From: Candidatus Parcubacteria bacterium
GTDB lineage: Bacteria; Patescibacteriota; Microgenomatia; UBA1406; GWC2-37-13
DNA length: 64,000 nt
Assembly: GCA_039798745.1 (NCBI GenBank)
Contig: JBDKFK010000004.1
Span: forward strand, 21,178 to 85,177
Reading direction: 5' to 3'
The notes under the pieces were generated by a model that worked only from the letters and a program-made list of their open reading frames with translations, ran no database searches and had not been told where the DNA came from. This document shows, piece after piece, positions 1-9,721 of this stretch. How positions within the stretch are numbered: the first letter of the stretch is position 1; the number at the start of each line of letters is the position of its first letter. A program made the position numbers and the translations under genes.

Positions 1-286
1 TTTTAGTCATACTCTCTCAGGAGATGATATGCCTAAAACACAGGATCAGGTAGTGATTGACGAAAAGAAAAAAGATGAAGCTAATTCTAAACTTGACGAT
101 ATTATCATCGACGAGCTGAATCTTCCTTCACGCGTGATCAACGCCTTGTTAAGAGAGAATATTGAAACAGTCGCTGATCTTGTTAAACGTGGTCGAGAGA
201 AACTGGTTGGATTGAAGGGTGTTGGAAGAAAGTCCATAGATCTTATCGACGACGAGTTGAAAAAAATGGGAATTGAGTTACAATAA
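1..286 (+). CDS. rpoA: DNA-directed RNA polymerase alpha subunit, C-terminal part (5' end upstream of window)
   Basis: The frame is open from base 2. The translation ELNLPSRVINALLRENIETVADLV...LKGVGRKSIDLI is the helix-hairpin-helix alpha-CTD. rplQ follows, as in the conserved rpoA-rplQ order. Confidence 0.8.
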   Translation, partial: FSHTLSGDDMPKTQDQVVIDEKKKDEANSKLDDIIIDELNLPSRVINALLRENIETVADLVKRGREKLVGLKGVGRKSIDLIDDELKKMGIELQ

Positions 287-309
287 TAATTCCTGAAGAG
301 CACACAATT

Positions 310-759
310 ATGAAACACAGAGCCAATAAAATAAAATTTAAAGACGGAATCGACGCAAATAGAATGCTTATGAGAAAGCTGTTTATAAACTTTGTATCTC
401 ATGGACATTTAACCACCACTGAGAAAAAAGCAAAAGTGCTTAAATCATACATAGAAAAGCTGGTTGAAAAGACAAAGAAACAGACAGAAGCAGATAAGAA
501 TTATTTGCTCACTAAGGTCGCATCATCAAAGATTGTCGAGACACTCTTTAAACAAATAGGAGCGCAGATTGAGAATAGAATAGGCGGTTACGCACGTGTA
601 GAGAAGCTTCATGCACGGGTTTCAGACGGTGCTCCTATGGCTAAGGTTTCATGGTCAGTTCCTATGGTAAAAGAAGAACCAAAAGCAAAAGAAGTAAAAA
701 CCACAAAAAAACCAGTTAAAGACACAAAAGAAGTGGCACAGGTCCCCGCTGAAAAATAA
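310..759 (+). CDS. rplQ: 50S ribosomal protein L17
   Basis: 149 aa, directly after rpoA. The N-terminus MKHRANKIKF...RMLMRKL...HGHLTTTEKKAK and the GGYARV motif are typical of L17. It has a Lys-rich tail. Confidence 0.9.
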   Translation: MKHRANKIKFKDGIDANRMLMRKLFINFVSHGHLTTTEKKAKVLKSYIEKLVEKTKKQTEADKNYLLTKVASSKIVETLFKQIGAQIENRIGGYARVEKLHARVSDGAPMAKVSWSVPMVKEEPKAKEVKTTKKPVKDTKEVAQVPAEK

Positions 760-776
760 TTTATTCATTTGACATT

Positions 777-1208
777 ATGGCACAAATAAAGCAATCAACT
801 AAACCAGTTTCATCCAAGAGCATTAACAGAGAATGGCATATCATTGATATGAAAGATCAGGTACTAGGCCGCAGTGCAAATGAAATCGCTCAGCTTCTGC
901 AGGGAAAACATAAAACCAATTATGTAACCTACCTCGATATGGGAGACAACGTGGTAGTAATAAATGCCAAACTTTTGAAAGTAACAGGTAGCAAAACTGA
1001 CGATAAAATTTATACCTATTACTCAGGGTATCCGGGTGGTTTGAAGGAAGTGCCTTTAAAAACTCTTCTTGACCGAAAACCAAGTGAAGTAATTCGTCAC
1101 GCGGTATCTGGTATGTTACCAAAGAATAAACTTCGCGATAGAAGATTGGCACGGTTACATGTGTATGCAGATGAAAAACATCCACACGGTGACAAAATTA
1201 CCAAGTAA
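777..1208 (+). CDS. rplM: 50S ribosomal protein L13
   Basis: 143 aa. REWHIIDMKDQVLGRSANEIAQLLQGKHK and GMLPKNKL are L13 signatures. It forms the conserved rplM-rpsI pair. Confidence 0.95.
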   Translation: MAQIKQSTKPVSSKSINREWHIIDMKDQVLGRSANEIAQLLQGKHKTNYVTYLDMGDNVVVINAKLLKVTGSKTDDKIYTYYSGYPGGLKEVPLKTLLDRKPSEVIRHAVSGMLPKNKLRDRRLARLHVYADEKHPHGDKITK

Positions 1209-1238
1209 TTAATAATTTAAGTTAGTGAGTATTTGAAT

Positions 1239-1691
1239 ATGGCTAAAAAATCAAAAGATCTCCAATATTACGAAGCAGTTGGAAGACGCAAAACATCGGT
1301 AGCACGCGTACGACTTTATATTGCCGGTAAAGATAAGGCTGCCTCAGTAAAAGGCAAAAAATATACTGCCGGACAATTTATTGTTAACGGAAAACTTGCT
1401 ACTGAAGTATTTCCATCCCCATTTGAAACAAAGAAATATAGCCATCCTTTTGAACTGACAAATACTCAGGATAGATTTATTGTATCTGTTGTTACCAAAG
1501 GCGGAGGCAAGAACGGTCAGCTTGAAGCTATTATTCATGGCATATCCCGAGCGTTACTTATCGCTGAAACAGAATCAAGACCGGTATTAAAGCAGAACGG
1601 ACTTCTTACACGAGATCCACGCGCCCGAGAACGAAGAATGGTCGGTACCGGTGGAAAATCAAGAAAGCAGAAGCAGTCTCCAAAGCGCTAA
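1239..1691 (+). CDS. rpsI: 30S ribosomal protein S9
   Basis: GRRKTSVARVRLY, GGGKNGQLEAIIHGISRAL and the C-terminal TRDPRARERRMVGTGGKSRKQKQSPKR are S9 hallmarks. I prefer the ATG at 1239; the ORF track starts at the TTG at 1233. Confidence 0.95.
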   Translation: MAKKSKDLQYYEAVGRRKTSVARVRLYIAGKDKAASVKGKKYTAGQFIVNGKLATEVFPSPFETKKYSHPFELTNTQDRFIVSVVTKGGGKNGQLEAIIHGISRALLIAETESRPVLKQNGLLTRDPRARERRMVGTGGKSRKQKQSPKR

Positions 1692-1738
1692 TCGCATTAT
1701 GCCGTCAGCTATCTCGTCAGTCATATATAATATATGCT

Positions 1739-2638
1739 ATGAAAGATCTGTCGGTCATAATAGTTTCATATAACACCAAAGACATTACAAAGGATTGTCT
1801 TGATTCTTTGTTTGCCTCCTTTCATTCGATTGAGAAACATAATCCTTTTACCGCAGAAGTCATTGTTGTGGATAACGGATCACAGGATGGCTCACAGGAC
1901 ATGCTCACGGCCTATAAACACAGTTCCCGTTCCTTTACCTACTCATCTATTCTTCAAAAAAATAATACAGGTTTCTCAAAAGCGAATAATGTGGGGCTAT
2001 CAAAAGCAAACGGTAAATATATCTTATATCTTAACTCCGACGTAATCGTAAATAGTGTTAACTTTGCCGAGCTTGTAAAATACATGGACCACGACACTCT
2101 CATAGGCGCACTCACCGTACGGGTAAACCTTACGCATGGCGGTATAGATCCGGCGTCACATCGAGGGTTTCCTACAGCATGGCGGGCATTTTGCTACTAC
2201 GCAAGACTTGAAAAAATATTTGGATCGATACCCGTGTTTAATCGTATATTTGGAGGCTATCACCTTACCTATTTAAATCTGGATACAGTACATCAGATAG
2301 ACTCATGTACTGGCGCTTTCTTTATGGCGAGAGCATCTCTGTTACACGAAGTAAAGGGGTTTGACGAAACGTTTTTTATGTACGGTGAAGATCTTGATCT
2401 AGCTTACAGAATTAAGGAACGAGGATATAAAGTGCTTTATTATCCGCTGTATATAGTTACCCATCTTAAACACAAGAGCGGACTAAGCTCATCCAGCATC
2501 TCTACTGCCGGTAAAACAAAAGACTATTTCTACGACTCTATGAAGCTTTTTTACCGAAAACATTACGCGAAAGAAAGTCCTGCGTTTATCAATATGCTCA
2601 TGTATTTCTTTATTGATCTCAAAAAAAAACTATCATGA
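1739..2638 (+). CDS. Family 2 glycosyltransferase
   Basis: LSVIIVSYNTKD...VVDNGSQDGS...NTGFSKANN...YGEDLDL is the GT-A/GT2 pattern (DxD-type). It overlaps the next gene by 4 nt (ATGA). Confidence 0.85.
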   Translation: MKDLSVIIVSYNTKDITKDCLDSLFASFHSIEKHNPFTAEVIVVDNGSQDGSQDMLTAYKHSSRSFTYSSILQKNNTGFSKANNVGLSKANGKYILYLNSDVIVNSVNFAELVKYMDHDTLIGALTVRVNLTHGGIDPASHRGFPTAWRAFCYYARLEKIFGSIPVFNRIFGGYHLTYLNLDTVHQIDSCTGAFFMARASLLHEVKGFDETFFMYGEDLDLAYRIKERGYKVLYYPLYIVTHLKHKSGLSSSSISTAGKTKDYFYDSMKLFYRKHYAKESPAFINMLMYFFIDLKKKLS

Positions 2639-3732
2639 AAAAAATCGGCATTGACGCACGGCTATATTCTAAAACAGGGGTAGGCGTGTATATTCGTAAT
2701 CTTCTGCATCATCTTAGCCGTCAAAATCTGAGTGGTTTCCAGTACTATGTGTATTGCCTCAAGAGTGATCTGAGTGCTATTCAGTTGCCGAAAGACAAAT
2801 TCATTATAAGACCAGTCCCTTATCTATGGCATACATTTGGGGAGCAACTGGGATTTTGTCGCGCGTTAATGGCTGACAATCTTGATCTCATGCATTTTAC
2901 ATACTTCAGTTATCCGATACTCTATACTCGAAAATTTATCTCTACTATCCACGATATGATTTTGCTCCAGCATAAAACAGGGAAAGCCTCTATGCATAGT
3001 AACGCCTATTACGAGCTGAAACATATGGTATTTAGACATGTTTTCGCCACGCAAGTCAAACGTTCATTGGGTATTATAACACCAACAAATACTGTTAAAG
3101 ATCAAATAATATCAACGTTTGGAGATCAGTATAAAAATAAAATCAACACAATCTATGAGGGTCTTGACTATAAATTAACCGAAGCTAAACCTAATCAAAA
3201 ACTCAGAGCATTATACAAAAAACCATTTTTTATGTATGTGGGTAATTTCTATCCGCACAAAAATATTGAACAACTTGTGAGGGCATTTGAGAGTATAGAC
3301 AATCAATACGATCTCATTCTCATAGGTCCGGATGATTATTTTTCTCATCATACCGCGCGTATTGTGAAGCAACTGTCACTCTCTGACCGAGTTCATATGG
3401 TTCATAATGTATCTGAAGAAGATCTGGTATTTTATTATAAAAATGCAGAAGCTCTCGTCCATCCCTCTCTCTCGGAAGGGTTTGGTTTACCTCTTGTAGA
3501 AGCCGCTTATTTTGATCTTCCCGTAATTGCTTCGAACATACCCGTATTCCGAGAACTACTGGGCAATCAGTATCTTCGTTTTGATCCGCATGATAGCGCC
3601 TCTATTACAAAGACAATGAATCAACATTTGCACAAACCATTGCATCCGTCATATGATGAAATACTGAAAAAATGTTCATTTGACAAGATGACGAAAGATA
3701 TTAGCAAGTTATACGGGTCTTATTCAGCATAA
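2635..3732 (+). CDS. Family 1 (GT4-like) glycosyltransferase
   Basis: The C-terminal half has PSLSEGFGLPLVEAAYFDLPVIASN, the E-x7-E type GT-B motif. Confidence 0.8.
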   Translation: MKKIGIDARLYSKTGVGVYIRNLLHHLSRQNLSGFQYYVYCLKSDLSAIQLPKDKFIIRPVPYLWHTFGEQLGFCRALMADNLDLMHFTYFSYPILYTRKFISTIHDMILLQHKTGKASMHSNAYYELKHMVFRHVFATQVKRSLGIITPTNTVKDQIISTFGDQYKNKINTIYEGLDYKLTEAKPNQKLRALYKKPFFMYVGNFYPHKNIEQLVRAFESIDNQYDLILIGPDDYFSHHTARIVKQLSLSDRVHMVHNVSEEDLVFYYKNAEALVHPSLSEGFGLPLVEAAYFDLPVIASNIPVFRELLGNQYLRFDPHDSASITKTMNQHLHKPLHPSYDEILKKCSFDKMTKDISKLYGSYSA

Positions 3733-3735
3733 TTT

Positions 3736-4299
3736 ATGGATTTTACATTGTATTTAGTGAGGCATGGCCAATACGACAATCCGGAAAACATATATCCATT
3801 CCTTCTTCCGGTAACACTTTCTCGAGCAGGACGAGAGCATATAGGGAGAGTAGCACACTGGTTCTCACGCAATACGGTACCCAAAACGCAGATTATTACC
3901 AGCCCTGTCGTAAGAACCGTCCAGACGGCTGAAATTATAGCTGCGAGCTTACATTCTATGGTTACCGTAGATAGTAGACTTATAGAAACACAGTATTCGC
4001 AGCTGCAAGGAGTAACAATGCCGGAACATGATCCCTTTGGTACCTTTTATGAACAAGCGAAGATGGAGAGTTATGCGTCTATGCAACAACGAATGGTTGC
4101 AATATGGGAAGAAAAAAAATCTATGGGACGTGACTGCATTCTTATATCACATGGCGATCCCTTAACACTCCTCTACTATCACATAACGCAAAAAGTTCTT
4201 CCTTCCAGCATACGAAATGTTGAGGATAGCGTTCAGAAAGGGGAAGTAATAGTAGTACATTATATAAACAACACCCTTCATACGGTGAAACGAATATAA
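3736..4299 (+). CDS. Histidine phosphatase (phosphoglycerate-mutase-like) family protein
   Basis: The N-terminal LYLVRHGQ (RHG catalytic motif) and the later ISHGDPL histidine motif. Confidence 0.75.
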   Translation: MDFTLYLVRHGQYDNPENIYPFLLPVTLSRAGREHIGRVAHWFSRNTVPKTQIITSPVVRTVQTAEIIAASLHSMVTVDSRLIETQYSQLQGVTMPEHDPFGTFYEQAKMESYASMQQRMVAIWEEKKSMGRDCILISHGDPLTLLYYHITQKVLPSSIRNVEDSVQKGEVIVVHYINNTLHTVKRI

Positions 4300-4305
4300 C
4301 TCGAT

Positions 4306-5424
4306 ATGAAAAAAACTTCTAGTACTCATAAGATGGCGATTGTATATGACTGGATGGATAAGTGGGGAGGTGTTGAGAGGGTTTTACAGGTACTTCATGA
4401 AATGTATCCGCATGCCGTTTTTTACACATCTTACTATGACAGAGATAAGGCTCCCTGGGCACGATCATGGAATATACAAACTTCATTTATAGATAGACTG
4501 CCTTCTTTTATTAAGCACAGTAGAGTATTATCATTGGGACTGTACCCTTACGCGTTTGAGTCGTTTGACTTTTCCGCATATGATACGGTATTGTCTGTCA
4601 CCTCGTCATTTGCAAAAGGCATTATTACCCGGCCAGGTACTCGGCATATATCTTATCTCCTCACTCCTACGCGATATCTCTGGGTATATCCCGAAGTATA
4701 TTTTGGAACGGGAGTAAAAAAAGCGATAGGGATGAGTATGGCGGAGTCGCTGCGAGGCTGGGATTATGTTGCAGCTCAGCGTCCTGATGCTATTATCTCG
4801 CTATCAAATAAAGTCGCTGAACGTTGCCTAAAGTACTATAGAAGGTCTTCAGAAGTTATATATCCGCCATTTGATATGAACCACTGGGCAGGGCTTGCCG
4901 CGGCTCATACGCCACGCGAAGACTATTATCTGGTGGTATCCAGGCTCGAGCCGTATAAGAAGGTAGAGCTTGTCATTGAGGCCTTTAACAATACTCCTGA
5001 CCGCAGACTTGTGGTAGTAGGTAAGGGGACACGCGAAGATGCACTAAAAACCATGGCTGGTAGCAATATAAGCTTTCTCAAAGATCTCACCGATAAAGAA
5101 CTCGCAACTCATTATAAGCAAGCACGGGCGGTTATAATGATGCAGGAGGAGGATTTTGGCTATGTAAGCCTCGAAGCGCAGATGTTTGGGTGCCCTGTTA
5201 TTACCTATAAAAATAGTGGGGTCACGGAAACAATTGTGTCGGGTAAAACAGGCTTTCTTGTAGAGGATCAAACTGTATCATCGCTATCAGATACACTTGA
5301 AATATTTCATACTATATCATACAATTATAGAATTCCTAAGGCAGATAAGCTCAAAATTGAGCCTGAGCATTTTGCAAAGGAAGTATTTATGGATAAGATT
5401 GATAAGGTTGTTAATAATTATTAA
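4306..5424 (+). CDS. Family 1 (GT4-like) glycosyltransferase
   Basis: MQEEDFGYVSLEAQMFGCPVITYKNSG matches the GT-B EX7E region. Confidence 0.75.
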   Translation: MKKTSSTHKMAIVYDWMDKWGGVERVLQVLHEMYPHAVFYTSYYDRDKAPWARSWNIQTSFIDRLPSFIKHSRVLSLGLYPYAFESFDFSAYDTVLSVTSSFAKGIITRPGTRHISYLLTPTRYLWVYPEVYFGTGVKKAIGMSMAESLRGWDYVAAQRPDAIISLSNKVAERCLKYYRRSSEVIYPPFDMNHWAGLAAAHTPREDYYLVVSRLEPYKKVELVIEAFNNTPDRRLVVVGKGTREDALKTMAGSNISFLKDLTDKELATHYKQARAVIMMQEEDFGYVSLEAQMFGCPVITYKNSGVTETIVSGKTGFLVEDQTVSSLSDTLEIFHTISYNYRIPKADKLKIEPEHFAKEVFMDKIDKVVNNY

Positions 5425-5438
5425 TATACAATTAACAT

Positions 5439-6524
5439 ATGAAAGCAGTTATTTTTGCCGGAGGAGTAGGAACAAGACTATGGCCTTTGTCACGAAAAAA
5501 ATCCCCAAAACAGTTTGAAAGAATTGTTGGAGATAAGTCTACGTTGCAGTTGGCAGTTGAACGACTGTTACCAGAATTCAAACCTGAAGATATTTATATT
5601 TCCACAGGTAAGGGTTACGTTGATCTGGTTGCGTCTCAGCTAAACTTTATACCCAAAGAAAACATCATTGGCGAACCGTGTAAAAAAGATAACGGTCCTG
5701 CTGTTGGCTTTATGATGGGTTATCTTGCTAAAAAATTTCCGGAAGAACCTGTTATTATCCTCTGGAGCGATCATATAGTAAAGCATATAGAAAAATTCAA
5801 AAAGATCATTCTTACCGCAGGTAATATTGTCAGCGTAGAGAAGGACAGAATTGTTTTTATAGGTCAAAAACCAAGATTCGCTTCCGAGAATCTGGGTTGG
5901 ATTGAGACAGGTGTGGAAGTGAAGGAAAAAGATAAAGTTTCATTCCGTAGCTTTACAGGCTTTAAATATAAACCAAATCATGATCTGGCTCAAAAGTATT
6001 ATAGTGATTCTAAGTATTGTTGGAATCTCGGCTACTTTGTGAGTACACCCCGATTTATATACTCACTTTTTAAGAGATTTGCCCCTAAAGTGTACGAATT
6101 AAGTGAACATATTCTTGCCGAAAAAGATGCAGACTCATTTACCCGCGCCTTTGAAGAGTTCTATGCTCAGATGCCTGAGATCAACTTTGACAACGCGGTG
6201 CTGGAACAACTCGACAATAGTTACGCGTATGTGGTGATGGATGATATCGGATGGTCTGACGTAGGCGCGTGGGAAGCTCTTAAAGAAGCCCTCGAGGAAA
6301 AACGTGAAGATAATATTACAAAAGGACGTGTTATGCTTGAAGACTCGTCAGACAGCCTGGTGTACAACTTTGAAGATAATAAGATGGTTGTAGGTGTTGA
6401 TCTGGAAGATCTGCTCGTTGTGAATACTGGTGACGCGCTTTTGGTTGCGAAGAAGACCTCTGTTTCTAAAATTAAGAAACTTGTAGAGAGTTTTGCCGGT
6501 ACAGAACACGAGAAGTTAACTTAA
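5439..6524 (+). CDS. Sugar-1-phosphate nucleotidylyltransferase (mannose-1-phosphate guanylyltransferase-like)
   Basis: The N-terminal MKAVIFAGGVGTRLWPLSR is the GGxGTRLxPLS NTP-transferase loop. The length, 361 aa, fits ManC-type enzymes. Confidence 0.75.
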   Translation: MKAVIFAGGVGTRLWPLSRKKSPKQFERIVGDKSTLQLAVERLLPEFKPEDIYISTGKGYVDLVASQLNFIPKENIIGEPCKKDNGPAVGFMMGYLAKKFPEEPVIILWSDHIVKHIEKFKKIILTAGNIVSVEKDRIVFIGQKPRFASENLGWIETGVEVKEKDKVSFRSFTGFKYKPNHDLAQKYYSDSKYCWNLGYFVSTPRFIYSLFKRFAPKVYELSEHILAEKDADSFTRAFEEFYAQMPEINFDNAVLEQLDNSYAYVVMDDIGWSDVGAWEALKEALEEKREDNITKGRVMLEDSSDSLVYNFEDNKMVVGVDLEDLLVVNTGDALLVAKKTSVSKIKKLVESFAGTEHEKLT

Positions 6525-6574
6525 TGGCGGCGCGTAATGGCTATACCATTACAAAATTTGATACAATATAATTC

Positions 6575-7246
6575 ATGTCCGAAACAAAGTCTCCGTTTTC
6601 CGGGAGAATGTACTATACATATGTCAAACGGTTAGTAGATATAATACTCGCATTTATATTGATTATTATCTTCTTTCCTATTTGTCTTGTTGCTGCTGTC
6701 GCAATAAAACTCAACTCAAAAGGACCAGTATTTGCTGATGTGCCGGAAAGAGTTGGACAGAGTGGTAAAACGTTCCGGATGTATAAATTCAGATCAATGA
6801 TTGAGAACGCGCACCATATTCTACGAACCGACTCACGATTTCAACAGCTCTTTGATGAGTATAAGAAAGGAAGCTACAAGCTAAAGGAAGATCCTCGTAT
6901 TACGCAGGTCGGAAAATTTATAAGAAAACATTCAATAGATGAGATTCCCCAGTTTATTAACGTGCTGAAAGGGGATATGAGTATTGTAGGACCGCGCGCA
7001 TATTATCCAGACGAGCTTGAAAATCAGCAAAAAAAGTACCCTCAAACCAAGAGAATGGTAGCAAAAGTACTGTCTATAAAACCTGGCGTCACAGGGCTAT
7101 GGCAAGTTTCAGGGCGCTCTGAGATAAATTTTGATAAAAGAATTGCTATTGACGCTCGCTATGTAGATACGATATCATTATGGCAGGATTTAGAAATAAT
7201 TCTAAAAACTCCCACCATAATGCTCACCGGAAGAGGAGCAGTATAA
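6575..7246 (+). CDS. Polyprenyl-phosphate sugar phosphotransferase (bacterial sugar transferase family, WbaP/EpsL-like)
   Basis: An N-terminal TM helix followed by KFRSM...DEIPQFINVLKGDMSIVGPRA...PGVTGLWQV, the conserved family core. Confidence 0.85.
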   Translation: MSETKSPFSGRMYYTYVKRLVDIILAFILIIIFFPICLVAAVAIKLNSKGPVFADVPERVGQSGKTFRMYKFRSMIENAHHILRTDSRFQQLFDEYKKGSYKLKEDPRITQVGKFIRKHSIDEIPQFINVLKGDMSIVGPRAYYPDELENQQKKYPQTKRMVAKVLSIKPGVTGLWQVSGRSEINFDKRIAIDARYVDTISLWQDLEIILKTPTIMLTGRGAV

Positions 7247-7281
7247 TAACTTGTTAACACAATTGTAAATTCAATCTAATA

Positions 7282-9129
7282 ATGATTAAACCACTCTATA
7301 GAACTCAACCAAAGAAAGCAAAAAAAAATAAACTTAAGCTGCTCGTCATTCCTCTTCTTGTAGTCTTACTTTTCGCATATTTTTTTGTGTACCGACCTTA
7401 CACTAACATTAAAGCAAAAGGACTCGTACTGGTAGCCTCCGCGAAGCAATTAAAAGATGTGTTTAAGAAGAACGATATTGATCTCGTTAAGAAACAAATG
7501 GCAGATGTAAATGCAAAATATACTGATTTCGAAAAAGCATCAAAATCTGTATACTGGGCGGCATTTATACCATACGTGGGTGATTTTAAGAATGGTGTAG
7601 AGGCGGGAAATTATGTACTAAAGGCTGGTTCAGAAGCAGTGGAAGCAATATATCCATATGCGGATCTTATAGGTTTTAAAAAAGGACAAACGTCATTTGT
7701 AGAGAAATCTTCGGAAGATAGATTGCAGACAGCAGTGCTTACCCTTGACAAGGTTCTGGGCAAACTTGATTCTATATCAGCCAACATAGATGAGGCAGAA
7801 AAACGTATAGCCAAGATAAATCCTAGCCGGTATCCCGAAAAACTTGGAAAGACCGAGGTGCGGGCAAGAATAATCAACATAAAGGATCAGTTCCAGGGAG
7901 TAGCTTCACTGTTTGTGGATGCTAAACCATTTGTAAAAAACTTGCCAAATATTCTTGGCAAGGACAAAGAAAAAACATATCTCATTATTTTTCAGAATGA
8001 CAAGGAACGGAGAGCTACCGGAGGCTTCCTTACCGCTTACGCTGTGTTCAAGATAAAGAACGGAAAGATGAAGATTGAGAAATCAGCCGATATCTACAGT
8101 CTGGATGACAGTATCGCCGTGCATCCTCCAGCTCCTGCGCAGATTCTGACCTATCATAAGGGTGTTTCTAAGTTTTTTATACGTGATAGTAACCTTTCTC
8201 CTGATTTCGTGAAGTCTATAGAGCTATTTAACTCTCTTTACAAAAATAGTGGTGAGAAAGTAAATTACGACGGTATTATTTCTCTGGATTCTAAAGTGCT
8301 TGTAGATATGTTAACCATATTTGGAGATACAGAGGCTGATGGGATTGTTTTCTCAGCAAAAATAGATCAGCGTTGTGACTGCCCTGAAGTAATTTACAAG
8401 CTGTTCGATATGGTTGACCGTCCTGTAGGATATGTTAAAACGAACAGAAAAGGTATATTAGGCGATCTTATGTATGCGTTGTTCTACAAAGCCATAGGTT
8501 TCTCACCTTCAAAGTACTGGGGCACACTTGCGCAGACAATGTTCAAGAACATGGATGAAAAGCATATATTGTTGTACTTCACCGATCCACAGATTGAACT
8601 AGCCGTTGATAAACTCAACTACGCAGGCCGTATACGAAGCTTTGATGGAGACTATTTACACGTAAATAATGTAAATTTTGCAGGAGCAAAGTCGAATCTC
8701 TTCGTCAATGAAACAATCACTTCTAAAACTGATGGTAAAGACAGAGAAGTAAAGGTAGTATATCGCAATCCATATCCTCATTCCGACTGTAGCCTTGAAA
8801 GAGGAGGGCTATGTCTCAATGCCACACTAAGAAACTGGGTACGTGTGTATGTACCCAAGGGTTCCAAACTTAAGGAGTTTAAGGGGTCACTCATGAAGGT
8901 CAAGACATATGATGATCTCGATAAGACTGTCTTTGAGGGCTTCCTACAGGTAGTCCCGTTGGGTAAGGCAGAGATCAACGTTACGTATACTCTGCCAGAA
9001 TCAGTTAATTCTGATAATCTTATGATCCAGAAGCAGGCAGGCGTGCAGGGACAGAAATATACAGTGACCGTTGATGGAGACAAAGTGTATGACGGAGTGA
9101 TGGAGAAAGACCAAGTGTTTAAGAAGTAA
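7282..9129 (+). CDS. Membrane-anchored DUF4012-like protein
   Basis: An N-terminal TM helix and the FQNDKERRATGGF motif, recalled as QNxaExRatGG in the DUF4012 family. It lies at the end of the glycan cluster. Confidence 0.6.
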   Translation: MIKPLYRTQPKKAKKNKLKLLVIPLLVVLLFAYFFVYRPYTNIKAKGLVLVASAKQLKDVFKKNDIDLVKKQMADVNAKYTDFEKASKSVYWAAFIPYVGDFKNGVEAGNYVLKAGSEAVEAIYPYADLIGFKKGQTSFVEKSSEDRLQTAVLTLDKVLGKLDSISANIDEAEKRIAKINPSRYPEKLGKTEVRARIINIKDQFQGVASLFVDAKPFVKNLPNILGKDKEKTYLIIFQNDKERRATGGFLTAYAVFKIKNGKMKIEKSADIYSLDDSIAVHPPAPAQILTYHKGVSKFFIRDSNLSPDFVKSIELFNSLYKNSGEKVNYDGIISLDSKVLVDMLTIFGDTEADGIVFSAKIDQRCDCPEVIYKLFDMVDRPVGYVKTNRKGILGDLMYALFYKAIGFSPSKYWGTLAQTMFKNMDEKHILLYFTDPQIELAVDKLNYAGRIRSFDGDYLHVNNVNFAGAKSNLFVNETITSKTDGKDREVKVVYRNPYPHSDCSLERGGLCLNATLRNWVRVYVPKGSKLKEFKGSLMKVKTYDDLDKTVFEGFLQVVPLGKAEINVTYTLPESVNSDNLMIQKQAGVQGQKYTVTVDGDKVYDGVMEKDQVFKK

Positions 9130-9143
9130 TACAGACTCTGATT

Positions 9144-9671
9144 ATGTCACATAGTCTCAAGACAGATGCATTCGTGATGCGTAAGCGGGAGCTGTTGCAG
9201 AAGGATATCCTTATAAGTCTTTTTACCAAGGAACTTGGCAAAGTTACGGTGATTGCGAAAGGAATTAAGTCCATGACAAGTCGCCGTGGGCCACACCTAC
9301 AGACGGGAAATCTTATTAAGGTCATAATGAATGTAAAGAACGACTATAAATACCTTCAGCAAACAGAGCTTATCTCCGGTTTTTCTAATATAAAAGACGA
9401 TGCTAAGAAAACAGAGTATCTCTATCTGTATTTTTTCATTATCGATCGGCTCTTACCCGACGGCCAGCAGGAGAACGACATATTCCGTCTGACGCGTGCG
9501 TTTCTCAGTGAACTGTCAAGATCTGAGCAGTTTGGCCCCGAGGAGATATCAAAATATCTCAATATGATGCTAAGAATGCTGGGATATGCGCATGAGGAAA
9601 AGAGACTCATAGATCTTATACTTCTTATTGAGGAGACAATCCACGAAAAAATACCGTTTCATATTATATAA
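9144..9671 (+). CDS. recO: DNA repair protein RecO (short form)
   Basis: The N-terminal OB-fold pattern KTDAFVMRKRELLQKDILISLFTKELGKVTVIAKGIKS. At 175 aa it is short compared with typical RecO. Confidence 0.6.
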   Translation: MSHSLKTDAFVMRKRELLQKDILISLFTKELGKVTVIAKGIKSMTSRRGPHLQTGNLIKVIMNVKNDYKYLQQTELISGFSNIKDDAKKTEYLYLYFFIIDRLLPDGQQENDIFRLTRAFLSELSRSEQFGPEEISKYLNMMLRMLGYAHEEKRLIDLILLIEETIHEKIPFHII

Positions 9672-9721
9672 TTGACATATTAATGTATAGGCGACTGGAA
9701 TGCGTCTTTTTGTAATAAATT